A stretch of DNA of 55,407 nucleotides, from contig CAMVAN010000001.1 of NCBI GenBank assembly GCA_947165475.1, forward strand, positions 1 through 55,407, read 5' to 3'. The DNA comes from an uncultured Bacillales bacterium. GTDB lineage: Bacteria > Bacillota_I > Bacilli_A > RF39 > UBA660. The notes under the pieces are model-generated. The model saw nothing but the letters and a program-made list of their open reading frames with translations, ran no database searches and had not been told where the DNA came from. The position numbers and the translations under genes were made by a program. This document shows, one piece after another, positions 11,901 to 25,355 of this stretch; the first letter of the stretch is position 1; each line of letters opens with the position of its first letter.

Positions 11901-12638
11901 CTCTTCTTTAACTTCTTCAATAGCAGATTCTTCCTCAAATTCCTTCTTTATTATTTCAAATTTATATAATAGTGTTCTATATTTATATTTGTTATCGCCT
12001 ATCTGAATATAATCATTGAGATCAATTCCATTTATTTCCTTATATATTAATTCTTTTTCTTTTTTCTCATAATAATAATACTTAATTATACCTTCTTTAA
12101 AACTTAAAATACTATTTACAGGTATCGTATAAGCTTTAGAATTAGTTGTTAATGTCATCTCAAATAAATTAACAAATTCACCATTAACTAACTTTAAAAA
12201 CAAATAATCTTCAAGACTAGCTTGTTCATTATCATTATAGTTATATAGTTTACCATCAGTTATAGTTGCGTTTAAATAACAATCTTCTATATCAAAATTA
12301 GTTGTAAATAGTTTAGATTTTTCCGAAATATTAACTATTGCATCACCTGAATTTGTATATATAGGATAAGAATTATCCACATATGTCTTCTTATCTTCAC
12401 CAATATATATTTTATTCAAATTCTTATAAAAAACATCTTCATATTCAACTTTTTTTAAACATACTTTCTTTGCATGAACATTTTCATCTTCATTAAATAG
12501 TATATTTCTAATTTCATTAGTTGATATAAAATAACCTTCTGTAGATAAAATAGATGACATCGAAAATTTAGTTAGAACATAAACTACTCCAACAAAAATG
12601 ATTAATAATATACTAAAAATCAAATATTGTTTTTTCAT
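2901..12638 (-). CDS. Giant (3245 aa) bitopic surface protein: N-terminal TM, juxtamembrane domain, acidic/PAPPKP linker, FN3/Ig-like array, jelly-roll-like domain, ALK/LTK-type glycine-rich domain, three GLUG-type beta-helix modules, C-terminal beta-rich region and C-terminal TM
   Basis: Uninterrupted 9.7-kb ORF with an AGGAGG RBS. The N-terminal TM is YLIFSILLIIFVGVVYVL. The C-terminal TM VAIGILYIFGFITLGIVVFFVLWLF is followed by an IREKRR tail, and there is no LPXTG. The Gly-rich block is YRIELWGAAGGDG..IYIYVGGAG..GGGNGGNANSGSGGGATD..AAGGGGTDD..GGAGGGFYGG. More than 15 (V/T/I)GG(F/I/V/L/Y)xG repeats are present. Three module caps are LNDLDIRN..FQGHKL, LKNDLDFSEV..GDGHTIKN and LTNDIDFAGK..GEMHTIKN. 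Confidence 0.9.
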   Translation of the reverse strand: MKKQYLIFSILLIIFVGVVYVLTKFSMSSILSTEGYFISTNEIRNILFNEDENVHAKKVCLKKVEYEDVFYKNLNKIYIGEDKKTYVDNSYPIYTNSGDAIVNISEKSKLFTTNFDIEDCYLNATITDGKLYNYNDNEQASLEDYLFLKLVNGEFVNLFEMTLTTNSKAYTIPVNSILSFKEGIIKYYYYEKKEKELIYKEINGIDLNDYIQIGDNKYKYRTLLYKFEIIKKEFEEESAIEEVKEEDEKNTTTPAPPKPEVKYVKPKVSVIPFETKTYTATSEITINDPANRIIGGINFHFYKNGKISLRKVYGSGGKIIVSPLEPGVTYNVVGSFKYYDEENKKIEQSFFEQEIKMGSIDDLAPIEIVYENGDIYPDKIELKNVKIISDLKTDALYGLNKIKIIINDADYYFSSSSNSKLRAGQTIGYESPTSLPSKSKIKYSFQLIDSYGNILKSKIADGETYTSNKPPSAQVKIVSIDVNKVELTAVLNNEDEININNYKYVIYDAIGKEIASGLMDPTKKTNSISLTTLNTNQNYTINVYGDYNLNDGKGNAKNNLLGSFKFSTIPLSSLGYFRVDNSIKNLTDGSVTIRTSIDRGSTSPLLIELLTSMTINVYDSDGMVVFTHSYSPSELVKISNDEYVNVNIYGLYSKSEYKIEYISGVTQGEKEESIKVISTVQKFKTYKKEARVEVKNRFVNSSIIDFDVKVIDVDGAIDGNIVAVEVRDSTGKMIDKTELNKNDDFVRLTYEKLEPLMVYTFRYYVDSYNIGYDNSTFYGDYAILEDKIRTDEGIIGSISLNDISRQPLSANLFNINDITRFRTEGYTANKTFDFENNIIRFSAKAGYVNYSYYLPEAHKHIIKITFEAKYHEDTENTAPVYISNNFQNTQSYKLDNLSKTDWTSYSMEIMMVNPYIGFLIAETNTTNTRTDVLFKNIQIRSYDLAIDAAKDESLSYHSSGMKFTNTMMMSGDEIMPSYRSGEVTTVGNYGNGHARITNLKTNQVFEFDYTGSYQMFTPPSTSTYRIELWGAAGGDGTNTSGEDQSIACHAGRGAYTRGDIQLKVHVPIYIYVGGAGVYGSGTNSYKGPLGGYNGGGNGGNANSGSGGGATDVRLIGGEWNESESLKSRIMVAAGGGGTDDLTGTLWGTNDGSGGAGGALSSDGTYINGVLTRSYFATQTYGSAFGYAVNVTTKTDTGGAGGGFYGGFPSNNSSGGGSGGSSYISGHLGCVAYGNEFSDSYDNKYIPYQENNTYQANLNINMDDTRHEIPTNDYYLRVYIGDKLVDTLHYDLTNHRAINETKKYAVTKYKKYKIYLSVKVRNRFYNIDFVEFDANAEIRSIKTVTDFFEMHTNGRYIVLNDLDIRNINRYIGYDFYGEIDFQGHKLIYNVVNRPNYVIYRTRSSSIIKNLVLDVYADNETSKSNLYGVVQYSYGTFDNVFVTLKEATKVPNVNNSLLAHSNYGTIKNFVIHTEAQMSASAWSGLLVNYNGGLLMNGYAYGENIYAYFEKPSSYEHKEVGVFVTYSSSSSFVQNIFSLISVEKDGSIQNEGVGNLIGFSYAGSIKNVYSVEDPKKVNTNPITEDPNIGGYSGNISVDNMFYASDKTYGGDGVYSTKISKLALYDAEFQDKVLNDNKGFEVDKFVRLGYYPQVILNDCMPNQDWIPLPEVQDRDLLDVTSAKEISNDGDSAIIEVRVNNPAHEKITEIGIKDIGTVEILSQEDDREISNVQIKVSDPIKYTSRYYLRKIVSVGSLNFSTTRDYGEFERSIDFSLYYPIYNLNDWKNINNNREQNYILKNDLDFSEVDASNFVIEETFVGKINGDGHTIKNVRIDVGTGLIYILAGTLENLNIENFTKTDSTDYGGFVYSSTSGARINNVHMKHARVGGRYYVGGFIGYAYDTMIDNSSVTDFQNINTANKHNIRIGALVGTGSMLQVRNCFANDVFIDASDIYASFGIGGLVGQLGSGSVSYSYATGRIESSTIYTGGIVGSNSGIVSHVWSAVDVTTDMPYTGGIVGVPNSTDVSYTLAIGAVSSPYLGDLVGRTTGMKLSNFQNNYVWEYQPFNGYISGHIDYEKFLTTEQLQERDTYIDVLDFGDQFYYEDLDKSLPKLINSGTGELLANQRDIPLVLEKFNVLDVQKEVSADNAYLYMVINNPNNLEVKELEFDYLQILSSNISTADGTTVANLRVKPTRYYDNYVLKNIVYEENGKEENYRKSVVIENLRFYRDLAKFEDWQAVDEHTHENYRLTNDIDFAGKTNVKTNVSFGRLEGINGEMHTIKNINVTISSDYSGLISSITNNMSNVSFENITLNSTYQKIDDADGISFGLVVINYGDVENVKFKNVTINAPNIIFVGPIARNSGLDIKNVSIEGNNITGSNYVGGFIGQANTVDISTVNAKGCTVTGNNYVGGVIGSKNYSNPVRDFYYTVEDMNVSGLSFVGGVFGLGGSSHSSIKNSTINGLPLPEESSGYNIGGFSGYIYEHGVAYVDILDTVVNANGQMYVGGLTGNLYYGVDRALVENVEVNQLSASGQYTGGVAGIKQGNTINRITVKNTKVNSVGDSTGGFYGYNYGANMNYSYGYNVEVNGNTKVGGYTGYGTFFRTYYTVLNAKVKGKNYVGGAYGYINNVDPTNNSYSGITHQFLLANTEVTGEDFVGGYTGYAPMQLTDKMFYNTVIAVNVNSTGEDSHVGIYTPFDKEYTETVSRFSVYEGSTINDVPVMNVPGINSIQAGKTLTSEQMKVQKNYTNAGLSTSYYDFSTLSSGMYPRLKSYYSTYDDIPLPTAEVHFKSTGVSRYGLHIMPEFKVYSSGVDSINLDFSNLDESTYFSIYSGKIKLEDQPISKRTYTFRYNYKDDIRLVITDGLNTKEETWTADELKNLVTTFDDKYAYIYEGKLKGNTNEYSDALHVYDHYLLTNSLDVYDLSTNKKLSNQNGLEFSMYDESKPLYEFKYEKTKINTYGLYSIIESKDSSNVYDNIIYVKDNRIEIIDKDLDRNLYGIIIDSYQGKEISTVLLDNHKLLNIKDKILTPDKFKNEEIVYMSNNLNTDSSYVVMMYESGKVLVFDYRTGKEILSEKITKKISFATYAKKNQSSYTTLGVIEKNNSNYQDAVNLKELLQNNSIVKDKHGRYITERDSSKKVVSDSNNSKNSSSEGYVIQKGKYITYYNSISDNYEVVDLKQLIEDNNQETENEKIYSRPELISFYIDSKNTKANVAIGILYIFGFITLGIVVFFVLWLFNIKFVIREKRR

Positions 12639-12648
12639 AATTTACCTC

Positions 12649-13354
12649 CTAAGAATAATTCTTTAATTTACCCACCTTTTTTATAAATAATCTTGATGTT
12701 CCATTGTAGTACATTAAGTCAAGTGTTCCATTTACCGTAAAACTTTCATTCTTAATTACAATTTCCTCATTTGTTCCTACAACTTCCATTTTATCATTAT
12801 CATAATCATATATTTCCACATATTCATTATAGTTATCGATTCTCAAATAAGAGAAAGAAGATAAATTATATATTTGTCCATTAACACTTACTGTATAATC
12901 ACCAACTAAAAAATATAAATCATATCCATCATAAATAATACAATCATTCAATTGCTTATCAACAACTCGATCTTTTAATTTAACATCATTATACTCATTT
13001 TTAGTCATATAAGAAAAGTAATTTATTTTAAACTGTTCACCAGTTCTTGGAAAAATAATTGCCATATTTTTTGGAAATACAACTTTTTTTTCTTTAGCAT
13101 AATAAACAGGTGTAGTATCTAATGTCACTCTTTTCTTAAGACCATCAAAATTAATAGTAGTAATATCATTGTTCTTATTTAACTCAACATTTCCCACATA
13201 TTTAAGCTTGGTATCACCTGTATACTGAAACAAAGATGTTTTCTTTATAACAATTTTATCTTCTCTCTTTATTAAAAATTGGAATACTGCTACAACAACT
13301 ACAATTAATAAAATAGATACCATCACAATTATCCTATAGTTAAATTTTATTTTT

Positions 13355-13362
<8 letters not shown>
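12649..13362 (-). CDS. Single-pass membrane protein (237 aa) with a beta-rich extracytoplasmic domain
   Basis: Track ORF. The TM segment is IIVMVSILLIVVVVAVFQFLI, with an AGGAGGAT RBS. It overlaps the upstream gene by 8 nt and ends 10 nt before the giant gene. Confidence 0.75.
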
Positions 13363-16251
<2,889 letters not shown>

Positions 16252-16254
16252 ATT

Positions 16255-17592
16255 CTATTCTTTTTGGAATAAATCCTGAAATAAGTCAATCATTTCTTGA
16301 TGTGTTTTAGTTGAAAATTTATATTGTCTTAACTTTTCAAGAATTTGTTCTCCCTCTTTAAAACTATTCTTTAATTCTGCGGACATTTCATCTTCATTTA
16401 CTAATTCATAAACAGATTTTCTCTCAAGATAAGATAAAAGTTTTCTTCTAATTTGTGTACCCATCTCTTTAAGCTCTTTTGTTTGTACTGCACCACCAAG
16501 TCTTGAAACAGATAATCCATAATTAATGGCAGGTTTTTCTCCTTTTTGAAAATTCTTGCTAGACAAAACTATTTGACCATCCGTTATAGAAATAACGTTA
16601 GTCGAAATATAATCTGTAATATCATTCCCCTTTGTTTCCATAACCGGAAGAATAGTAATAGATCCTCCGTTTTTATACTGACATCCTTTTTCCAACAATC
16701 TTGAATGTGTATAAAAAATATCTGCCGGATACGCATCACGACCAGGTGTTTTATTAGAAAGCAAACTAATTTCACGATAAGCTTCTGCATGACGTTTCAA
16801 ATCATCAATACAAACCAAAACATCACGGCCTGATTTCATAAACTCTTCTGCGATACTTAATGCAAAATAAGGAGTTAAAGATATAACTGGTGGCAAATCA
16901 TCATTAAAAGCAGCAACAATAATAGTATAGTTTATTGCACCTTTTTCTACCAACTCTTTATAGACTGTTTTAACTTCTTTTTTAGTCTTACCTAAAGCAA
17001 TATAGATACAAAAAACATTCTTATTCTTCTGATTAACAATAGTATCTAAAAGAATTTGAGTTTTACCAGTTCTTTTATCACCTATTATTAATTGTCTTTG
17101 TCCTTTACCGATTGGGTAAAGCATATCGATTCCAGTTATACCGGTTTCAAGAGGTCTATTAACAGTTGTTCTATCCATTATTGCTATAGTAGGACGTTCA
17201 ATGGGAAGATCAATAAGTGACGAAAATTTTTTAGAAGATAATATATCAACACCAAAGATATTTATAATTCGGCCAAAAGCATCATTTGAATACTTTCCTT
17301 GAAATAAAGTGTTTGTTGAATATGACATATCTCCCACAATAATTGGAGTCTTAATATCAACAATAGCTACAATTACATAGTTTTCGTGAATAGCGCTGAC
17401 ATATCCAATTGCTTTATCACCAATGTTAATTTTCTCATAAAACATAACACGATCCATACCATCAACTCTTATTAAAAAGTTTTTAACACCAGTTACTGTT
17501 CCTACACTATAAACATTTGAATTATCACTAATTTTTTCAATTTTCTCGTCAACAATTCTAGTTAAATAATTATCTTCTTCCATTTTTATCAC
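16255..17592 (-). CDS. F1 alpha-like subunit (445 aa)
   Basis: Walker A is GDKRTGKT (canonical GDRQTGKT). CIDDLKRHAEAYREISLLSNKTPGRDAYPADIFYTHSRLLE matches the alpha signature. ITDGQIVL..PAINYGLSVSRLGG keeps the Arg-finger context. An AGGTGA RBS lies upstream. Confidence 0.9.
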   Translation of the reverse strand: MIKMEEDNYLTRIVDEKIEKISDNSNVYSVGTVTGVKNFLIRVDGMDRVMFYEKINIGDKAIGYVSAIHENYVIVAIVDIKTPIIVGDMSYSTNTLFQGKYSNDAFGRIINIFGVDILSSKKFSSLIDLPIERPTIAIMDRTTVNRPLETGITGIDMLYPIGKGQRQLIIGDKRTGKTQILLDTIVNQKNKNVFCIYIALGKTKKEVKTVYKELVEKGAINYTIIVAAFNDDLPPVISLTPYFALSIAEEFMKSGRDVLVCIDDLKRHAEAYREISLLSNKTPGRDAYPADIFYTHSRLLEKGCQYKNGGSITILPVMETKGNDITDYISTNVISITDGQIVLSSKNFQKGEKPAINYGLSVSRLGGAVQTKELKEMGTQIRRKLLSYLERKSVYELVNEDEMSAELKNSFKEGEQILEKLRQYKFSTKTHQEMIDLFQDLFQKE

Positions 17593-18363
17593 CTATTTTA
17601 TACAAAAATCATACATTTTGTTTTTATACTTTATCATAATTCCACGATAAATTTTATTATCATATATGGTTTGTATTTTATCGCTTATATAATCATAATT
17701 CTTATTCTTATCACTTACATATACATAAACAAATGGATCCTCATTAGCAAGCATCTTATCTAAGTATGGTCGAAATGCAATAATATCCATCTTTTTATTT
17801 TTGTTAATAAAACCATTTACTATTTCTTGATTATTTTTAAACAAATCCCTTAAAATCTTCTCTTGTTCTTTAGCATTTTTAGAAGATATTTCATAGCAAT
17901 ACTTGCTATTTAACTTATCTTTATAACTCTTAAGTTCAATATACTTATCAAAGTTTTGATTATTGGATATTTTCTCAATAAATCTTTTTATTAAAGCCTC
18001 TTCATTTAAATTAAATCTTTCATCAATAGTTTTTACTTGTTGTAATATATTTTCGTCTAGATAATCAACTTTTTTAATATTAACTTCATATTCAGATGAA
18101 TCGGCATTACTTTCTATTATCTCTTCCCCACTATTATCTTCTTCTTTTTCACTATTCCTTTTTGCTATTTCTTCATTTAACTCATTTAACTGATTTTCTT
18201 TTTCTTGTATAACATTATCATAAACTTGCACCTTATCCAAATAGTATTCTTTTGAAGCCTTATTAATCTTTTCCACTATCCTTCTTAAAAAAGAAAACAT
18301 TAACAATATAAGCAAAAGAATAAATATAAATAATATTACTAAAACAACAATCTCAGTATTCAT
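17593..18363 (-). CDS. b-subunit-like peripheral-stalk candidate: N-terminal TM, coiled coil and an extra C-terminal globular domain (256 aa)
   Basis: It occupies the atpF/atpH position between c and alpha. The TM segment is IVVLVILFIFILLLILLMFSFL, followed by a charged helical region QEKENQLNELNEEIAKRNSEKEE. I see no recognisable delta/OSCP sequence, so the call rests on position and architecture only. Confidence 0.6.
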   Translation of the reverse strand: MNTEIVVLVILFIFILLLILLMFSFLRRIVEKINKASKEYYLDKVQVYDNVIQEKENQLNELNEEIAKRNSEKEEDNSGEEIIESNADSSEYEVNIKKVDYLDENILQQVKTIDERFNLNEEALIKRFIEKISNNQNFDKYIELKSYKDKLNSKYCYEISSKNAKEQEKILRDLFKNNQEIVNGFINKNKKMDIIAFRPYLDKMLANEDPFVYVYVSDKNKNYDYISDKIQTIYDNKIYRGIMIKYKNKMYDFCIK

Positions 18364-18369
18364 AAACTA

Positions 18370-20048
<1,679 letters not shown>

Positions 20049-20050
20049 AT

Positions 20051-23000
20051 TTACGCTCCTAAAGCAATATATTTATGCTCTATATTAGTATCCATAACTG
20101 TTATATTTCCTGATGCGAATTGCATTTGAACTAAATATATGCCATAACCCTGTAAAGAAACATCAGGAATTGTAAACGTATATGCTTGACGTCCACCAAT
20201 AGAAACTTCTTTTGGAACAAAATCACTTGATCCTGAATAAGTAGCGCCTGTCTCTTCGTTATAAATTGTATAAGATATTTTATCAATCTTTGTCAATTTA
20301 GTACTATTCATAAATATTAAATCAATATAAGATGAATTATTTGAATTTTGAATTGAAGAAATATCTCCTACGTCGATACCAGTAGAATTTGTCACTCTTG
20401 TTGAAAATTTTGAAACCATCATAGTAGGATTACCATTATTTTCTGTGTCAGCTGAATAATAAATACATAATGTATAAGATTCTTGTGAATTGATTCCCTC
20501 AAATACAAATTTATGTGCACTATCATAAATGCTAGTTCTTACATCTACATATTTTTCTGGAGTTATATTTTCTCCTTTAGAATTATAAAATTCAATTGTA
20601 TAATCTTCACTATTTATAATCTTCCAAGTATCATAAATAGTCACAGTAAATTCAACATAATCATCATCACTATAAATAGAACTTCTTACATTAAATACTG
20701 GATTACTTAATTTTCTTAAATTAAATACATAATCACCTGGATTTTCAAGTTTAATTTCATGATCTCCATCATCTGAATTAGTAATAACAATTGGTTGAAT
20801 TATCAATTCATAACTATCTCCAAAAACAAATGGTCCTCCTGGATTACATGGAACTTTTACTGTCATAAGTTCAGTAAATCTTGTACTACTTGGAATTGTT
20901 ATATCCATTAGTTCTTTATCATAATTTCCAGTTTCAGGATTACGTGTTAATTTATATAATTTATACTCAATTTTATCATAACCTACTAATTTACCTAATC
21001 TATACGTAAATACCAAATTCTTTTCATCGTATTTTACGAAATTATAATTAAGACCAATATTAGTAATTGGAACAGATGTCAAAGTATCAAAATAATATGT
21101 CCTTCCTTCAACATCTTTGTCTAAATCATATAAATAATGCTTTTCATAATCACCGTTTTTATTCTTTAAATTAGCATATATTTTTATTGCATATCTCTGA
21201 TTTGGTAATAAACCATCAACATCAAAACCAGAATCAAATTGATCTACAGTAAATGAAACAGTTTTTAATAAATCCATTTTAGTTGCATATTCATCTGTTT
21301 CATAAATTTCTGCATACATTTCATTATTTTCTAATTCAGAATGTTCAAAGCCAAACATAGATCCTTTAATTAAAACATCTCTAATTCCAGGAACAAGTGT
21401 TGATTTACCTTCTTCATCACTTAAACGAATTCCGGGTATTAATTGATCAAATACAAATGAACTTTCTCCAGAAGATACAGCCCTATTCACAGATAATCCC
21501 TTAGGTAAATAATAAGTATAATTATAAGAAATACCTTGCCTATCAGGAATAAAAGGAATAATTAAATTATAATTATTGGTAAAACTATTAAATTTAATTT
21601 CTTTTTTACCAATCTCTTTACTAATCAAACTACCCATTGCAATCTTTCCATTATTATATAAACTTTGATTATAATTAATATAATAATAATCACCAATTCC
21701 ACTATTATATTCATTTCCAAGAGATTGCAAAGCAAAAACATCTCCAGGTAAATCAAAACCTATACGTTCATCATCATAGTAAACATCAACTAACATATTT
21801 ACTTTTTTACCTCTGAAAGCAGCAATTTCATACAAATCTACAATTGCGAGATTACTATCAGAAATAACTCTATAATCTTTAACTACTTTTTTACCATCAC
21901 ACTCAAAAGTAATCTTTAAACCAGCAATCTTTTGATATAAATAATTAGATCTATCATAACCAGCAATAGAAATAAGAGCCCTATTCGTTTCCATATCTAG
22001 AGTATAAGAATATTCATTGTCATATCTCGGATTTGCAAAATACTGAAATAAAACCTCTTTATCACTTATAGAATCAGCTTTCTTAATTAATGCCTGAGAA
22101 GCATAAACATATAAAAAACTTGAATGTAAATTATCTAATGTTACCTCCTCATAAGTACTAGTCTTTTTTACCCTAGAGGAACTAACTGGTTCTAGTGTTT
22201 CTTTTGAAGTACCAACTTTAGCAAAAAATTCATCTTTATACAAAGCATTATCAACATCATTAAGTGTATATTTTAATGTTATTTCTCCGATATCAGAAGA
22301 AGAAGGATAAGTAGTAATAATAGCTTCCTGCTTAGGAACTTCAATAACTTTTGATTTTAATATAACATCTTCTTCAACTGGATAATGAGTCAATTCATCA
22401 CCATCACCAAGTTTTAAATATGCCTCATAAGTGAAATAATAATTATGTCCCCTTCGTAAATCAGTATCTTCCGTATCATATGGAGTACCATAATCAAAAT
22501 ATATTTCAGTAAAATCAATAGTACCATCAGCACTAACAACATACCTAAAATCGGCATTTTCAATTTTTTTCTTAGTATCTGCATCATACACATGATAATC
22601 AATATATTTAGCATAACGTCTAGTATTATCGTATAGTGCCTTAATCTTAATGCCTACAATAGTATTACCATCCAAATTAGGATCTTGATGCTCTGAATCA
22701 GCATTTCTGTTTCTTATATATTGATATTCAATTGCATCATCAGTATCCACAGGATTATCAGGTGCTAAATTATTAATCTTAACAGTATACACATTGTTAA
22801 TTATTTCTATAGGATTCTTAAAATCAGAATAATCATACGCCTCAGATATAAGTATAGTTATATATTCACTCTTAATATCAGAATTTGAAAGTCCGAAAAA
22901 TGAAGGAGATAATGCAAATCCTTTATCATAATAGTCTTTCTTTAAATCACTATAATATTCACGTAAATCTCTATCAACAAGTTTTAATGTTTTAATTATC

Positions 23001-25318
23001 TTTCCATTTACGCTTCTTCCTTCAAAAACAGTAAAAGTAATACCAGTTAAAGTTTTTGCCTCAAGAGTATTATCATACCCTATTCCTTGCATTAACTGTG
23101 CAGAAATCTTAAAAGCTAATGTAGGACTTTCAACAGAAGAAAAAGTAGCTTGTATAGGATTTGTTGGATTAGTCACTACCGTAACACTTCCAATATAATA
23201 AGAATCAATTATTTCATTTCCATCCTGAAAATCAACAGTTCCATAAACAGCTATATTATATGATTCATTCTGTCTTAAATTATTAATATCAATTGGAATA
23301 ACCAGATTACCCTCAGTATTAAATTGTTTTGTTGTTCCAATAGAATTTGTATATACAATTTTCATTTTTTTAGTTAAATCAATTGTATTAGCTAAATCAG
23401 TTATTAAAATTGTTCCTTTTATTCTTTCAAAAGTTACCTCTTCAGGTCTCCAAGTTAAATAAGCACCTTCAACTCCATCTAACTGCATAGTACCACTTAA
23501 TGGAGTAACATACTCAATATATTTTTCATTATCATAAAATTCAGTAACAACACGATAAATATATGGTACACCTCTTTGAAGTGATTTTCCATCAACATCA
23601 ACATCAACAGATCCCTTAGCTTTCTTTTCAATCACTTTAACAGGTTGTGCATTTTCATTATAATTTCTAGCATCATATATTTCATATAAATAAGACTCTA
23701 TTCCATTATCAGGATCCTTTATATTATTAAGTGTTAAAGAGAAAGTACTACTTTTCTTATCTATAGAAAAGGATACATTTCCAAAAGTTGGTCTTGATTT
23801 TAATGTCTTAAAACTAGTTTCAATATTATTTTCAGCACCAATTACATAATTATCATATAGAATATTATCAATTAATATTCCATATTTTGTATTTCTATCT
23901 AAATCAGTAAAAAGGGCAGAATAACCTGTACCTTTTTTTGCAGTCTCTGCATCAACAACCTTTTCTTCAAGAACTTCACCATTTTTATTAAGTAATGAAA
24001 TATTACAACTTTTTACTTTTGAGTAACCATCAAATTTAACATTAAAAGATACTTCATTACTTGTTACATATTCTTTTTCAAGATTAATTCCAAGTGATTC
24101 AGTAGTAAACAATTGTGATATCACATCTGAAACATATTCAACATCATCTCTTGTATAACTAACTCTAGTAGTTAAACTATATGTTAAATTAGGTTCCAAA
24201 TTAGGAACTTCTATATCTATACTATATTGACCACTTTCAAATGTCTCTTCATAAACATGTTTTCCTGTAGCATTTTCTGTAACCATTACAATTGTCTTAC
24301 CTCTCATCAAAGAATCCGGATCCTTTATTTTTATACTAGCATTCATCATATTTGACGAAATTTCAATATCTTCAATTGTAGCAGTAGGAACAGTAGAAGA
24401 TTTTTCATCAACTGCAACTTCTTCTCCAATAGTTGTTTCCCCACCTGCAACCGAATCACCACCATTATTAATGCTTTCAGAATTTTCATTTTTATCATTA
24501 TTAATGATATTTCCAAATTCATCATATTGAACATCTTCATCTTTAGTTTCTTCTTTTTCTTCAACATATTCAGAAATATTTATATTATCTTGTGAATTAA
24601 TTATCATTTGATCCAATGTAAATATAGGTTCTTTATCTTTTAAAATATAATGATTATCAAGTTTTAAAACAATACCTTCCCCAATAACCAAATAATTGTC
24701 TTTTCCAATCGTTTGAACATTTACTTTTTTATTATCAAGTCTTACAACTTCTTCATCAATAATACTTAATTCAATATAGTTATCACCAACTTCAACTTCT
24801 CTACTATCATCTAGTCTTAATTTCATTCCATCGGCAACAATTAAATACTTATTAGTATCAGACTTAACAATAAACCTTTTAAATTTTATAATATTATTTA
24901 AATTTTCTAATGAATAATAAGATTCTTTTTTTTCTAACAAATTATTTTGAAAAATATTATAATATTTTAAATCGTTACTCAATATATCATCTATACTTAC
25001 AATAACAGCTTTTTTTAAAACTCCAATTGAATCATTTTCATAATGAACAAAAGAAGAAATAGGTACCCTTGTATTTTTACCTTCTGTATTCGAAAAAACA
25101 ATATTATCATCATAAGATTTAGAATATTTAGTTTCAGCATTAAAATAAGAAATCTGAGCATTATTATCAACATTTCCTGTTAACTTTTGACTATTGATAA
25201 TATAACCTGATTCCTTCAACACTTGAACATTCTTATTGTTTTTTTCAATTGCAGCATAAAACATAACACCAGTAATAATCAAAAATAAAACCACAATAAC
25301 CATTATTTTACTCTTCAT
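20051..25318 (-). CDS. Giant (about 1755 aa from Met-23) N-terminally anchored surface protein made of tandem FN3/Ig-like beta domains; first gene of the operon
   Basis: Uninterrupted ORF. I prefer the start at 25318 (MKSKIMVIVVLFLIITGVMFYAAI) because the track start at 25384 lies inside the predicted -35 box. An acidic linker EEKEETKDEDVQYDEF..GGDSVAGGETT follows the juxtamembrane domain. Repeated ~100-aa units carry the L(E/N)PN(L/T)xY signature. There is no C-terminal TM and no LPXTG. Confidence 0.85.
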   Translation of the reverse strand: MKSKIMVIVVLFLIITGVMFYAAIEKNNKNVQVLKESGYIINSQKLTGNVDNNAQISYFNAETKYSKSYDDNIVFSNTEGKNTRVPISSFVHYENDSIGVLKKAVIVSIDDILSNDLKYYNIFQNNLLEKKESYYSLENLNNIIKFKRFIVKSDTNKYLIVADGMKLRLDDSREVEVGDNYIELSIIDEEVVRLDNKKVNVQTIGKDNYLVIGEGIVLKLDNHYILKDKEPIFTLDQMIINSQDNINISEYVEEKEETKDEDVQYDEFGNIINNDKNENSESINNGGDSVAGGETTIGEEVAVDEKSSTVPTATIEDIEISSNMMNASIKIKDPDSLMRGKTIVMVTENATGKHVYEETFESGQYSIDIEVPNLEPNLTYSLTTRVSYTRDDVEYVSDVISQLFTTESLGINLEKEYVTSNEVSFNVKFDGYSKVKSCNISLLNKNGEVLEEKVVDAETAKKGTGYSALFTDLDRNTKYGILIDNILYDNYVIGAENNIETSFKTLKSRPTFGNVSFSIDKKSSTFSLTLNNIKDPDNGIESYLYEIYDARNYNENAQPVKVIEKKAKGSVDVDVDGKSLQRGVPYIYRVVTEFYDNEKYIEYVTPLSGTMQLDGVEGAYLTWRPEEVTFERIKGTILITDLANTIDLTKKMKIVYTNSIGTTKQFNTEGNLVIPIDINNLRQNESYNIAVYGTVDFQDGNEIIDSYYIGSVTVVTNPTNPIQATFSSVESPTLAFKISAQLMQGIGYDNTLEAKTLTGITFTVFEGRSVNGKIIKTLKLVDRDLREYYSDLKKDYYDKGFALSPSFFGLSNSDIKSEYITILISEAYDYSDFKNPIEIINNVYTVKINNLAPDNPVDTDDAIEYQYIRNRNADSEHQDPNLDGNTIVGIKIKALYDNTRRYAKYIDYHVYDADTKKKIENADFRYVVSADGTIDFTEIYFDYGTPYDTEDTDLRRGHNYYFTYEAYLKLGDGDELTHYPVEEDVILKSKVIEVPKQEAIITTYPSSSDIGEITLKYTLNDVDNALYKDEFFAKVGTSKETLEPVSSSRVKKTSTYEEVTLDNLHSSFLYVYASQALIKKADSISDKEVLFQYFANPRYDNEYSYTLDMETNRALISIAGYDRSNYLYQKIAGLKITFECDGKKVVKDYRVISDSNLAIVDLYEIAAFRGKKVNMLVDVYYDDERIGFDLPGDVFALQSLGNEYNSGIGDYYYINYNQSLYNNGKIAMGSLISKEIGKKEIKFNSFTNNYNLIIPFIPDRQGISYNYTYYLPKGLSVNRAVSSGESSFVFDQLIPGIRLSDEEGKSTLVPGIRDVLIKGSMFGFEHSELENNEMYAEIYETDEYATKMDLLKTVSFTVDQFDSGFDVDGLLPNQRYAIKIYANLKNKNGDYEKHYLYDLDKDVEGRTYYFDTLTSVPITNIGLNYNFVKYDEKNLVFTYRLGKLVGYDKIEYKLYKLTRNPETGNYDKELMDITIPSSTRFTELMTVKVPCNPGGPFVFGDSYELIIQPIVITNSDDGDHEIKLENPGDYVFNLRKLSNPVFNVRSSIYSDDDYVEFTVTIYDTWKIINSEDYTIEFYNSKGENITPEKYVDVRTSIYDSAHKFVFEGINSQESYTLCIYYSADTENNGNPTMMVSKFSTRVTNSTGIDVGDISSIQNSNNSSYIDLIFMNSTKLTKIDKISYTIYNEETGATYSGSSDFVPKEVSIGGRQAYTFTIPDVSLQGYGIYLVQMQFASGNITVMDTNIEHKYIALGA

Positions 25319-25355
25319 AATTTCACCATAATCCCATATTATCTTATACATAATG

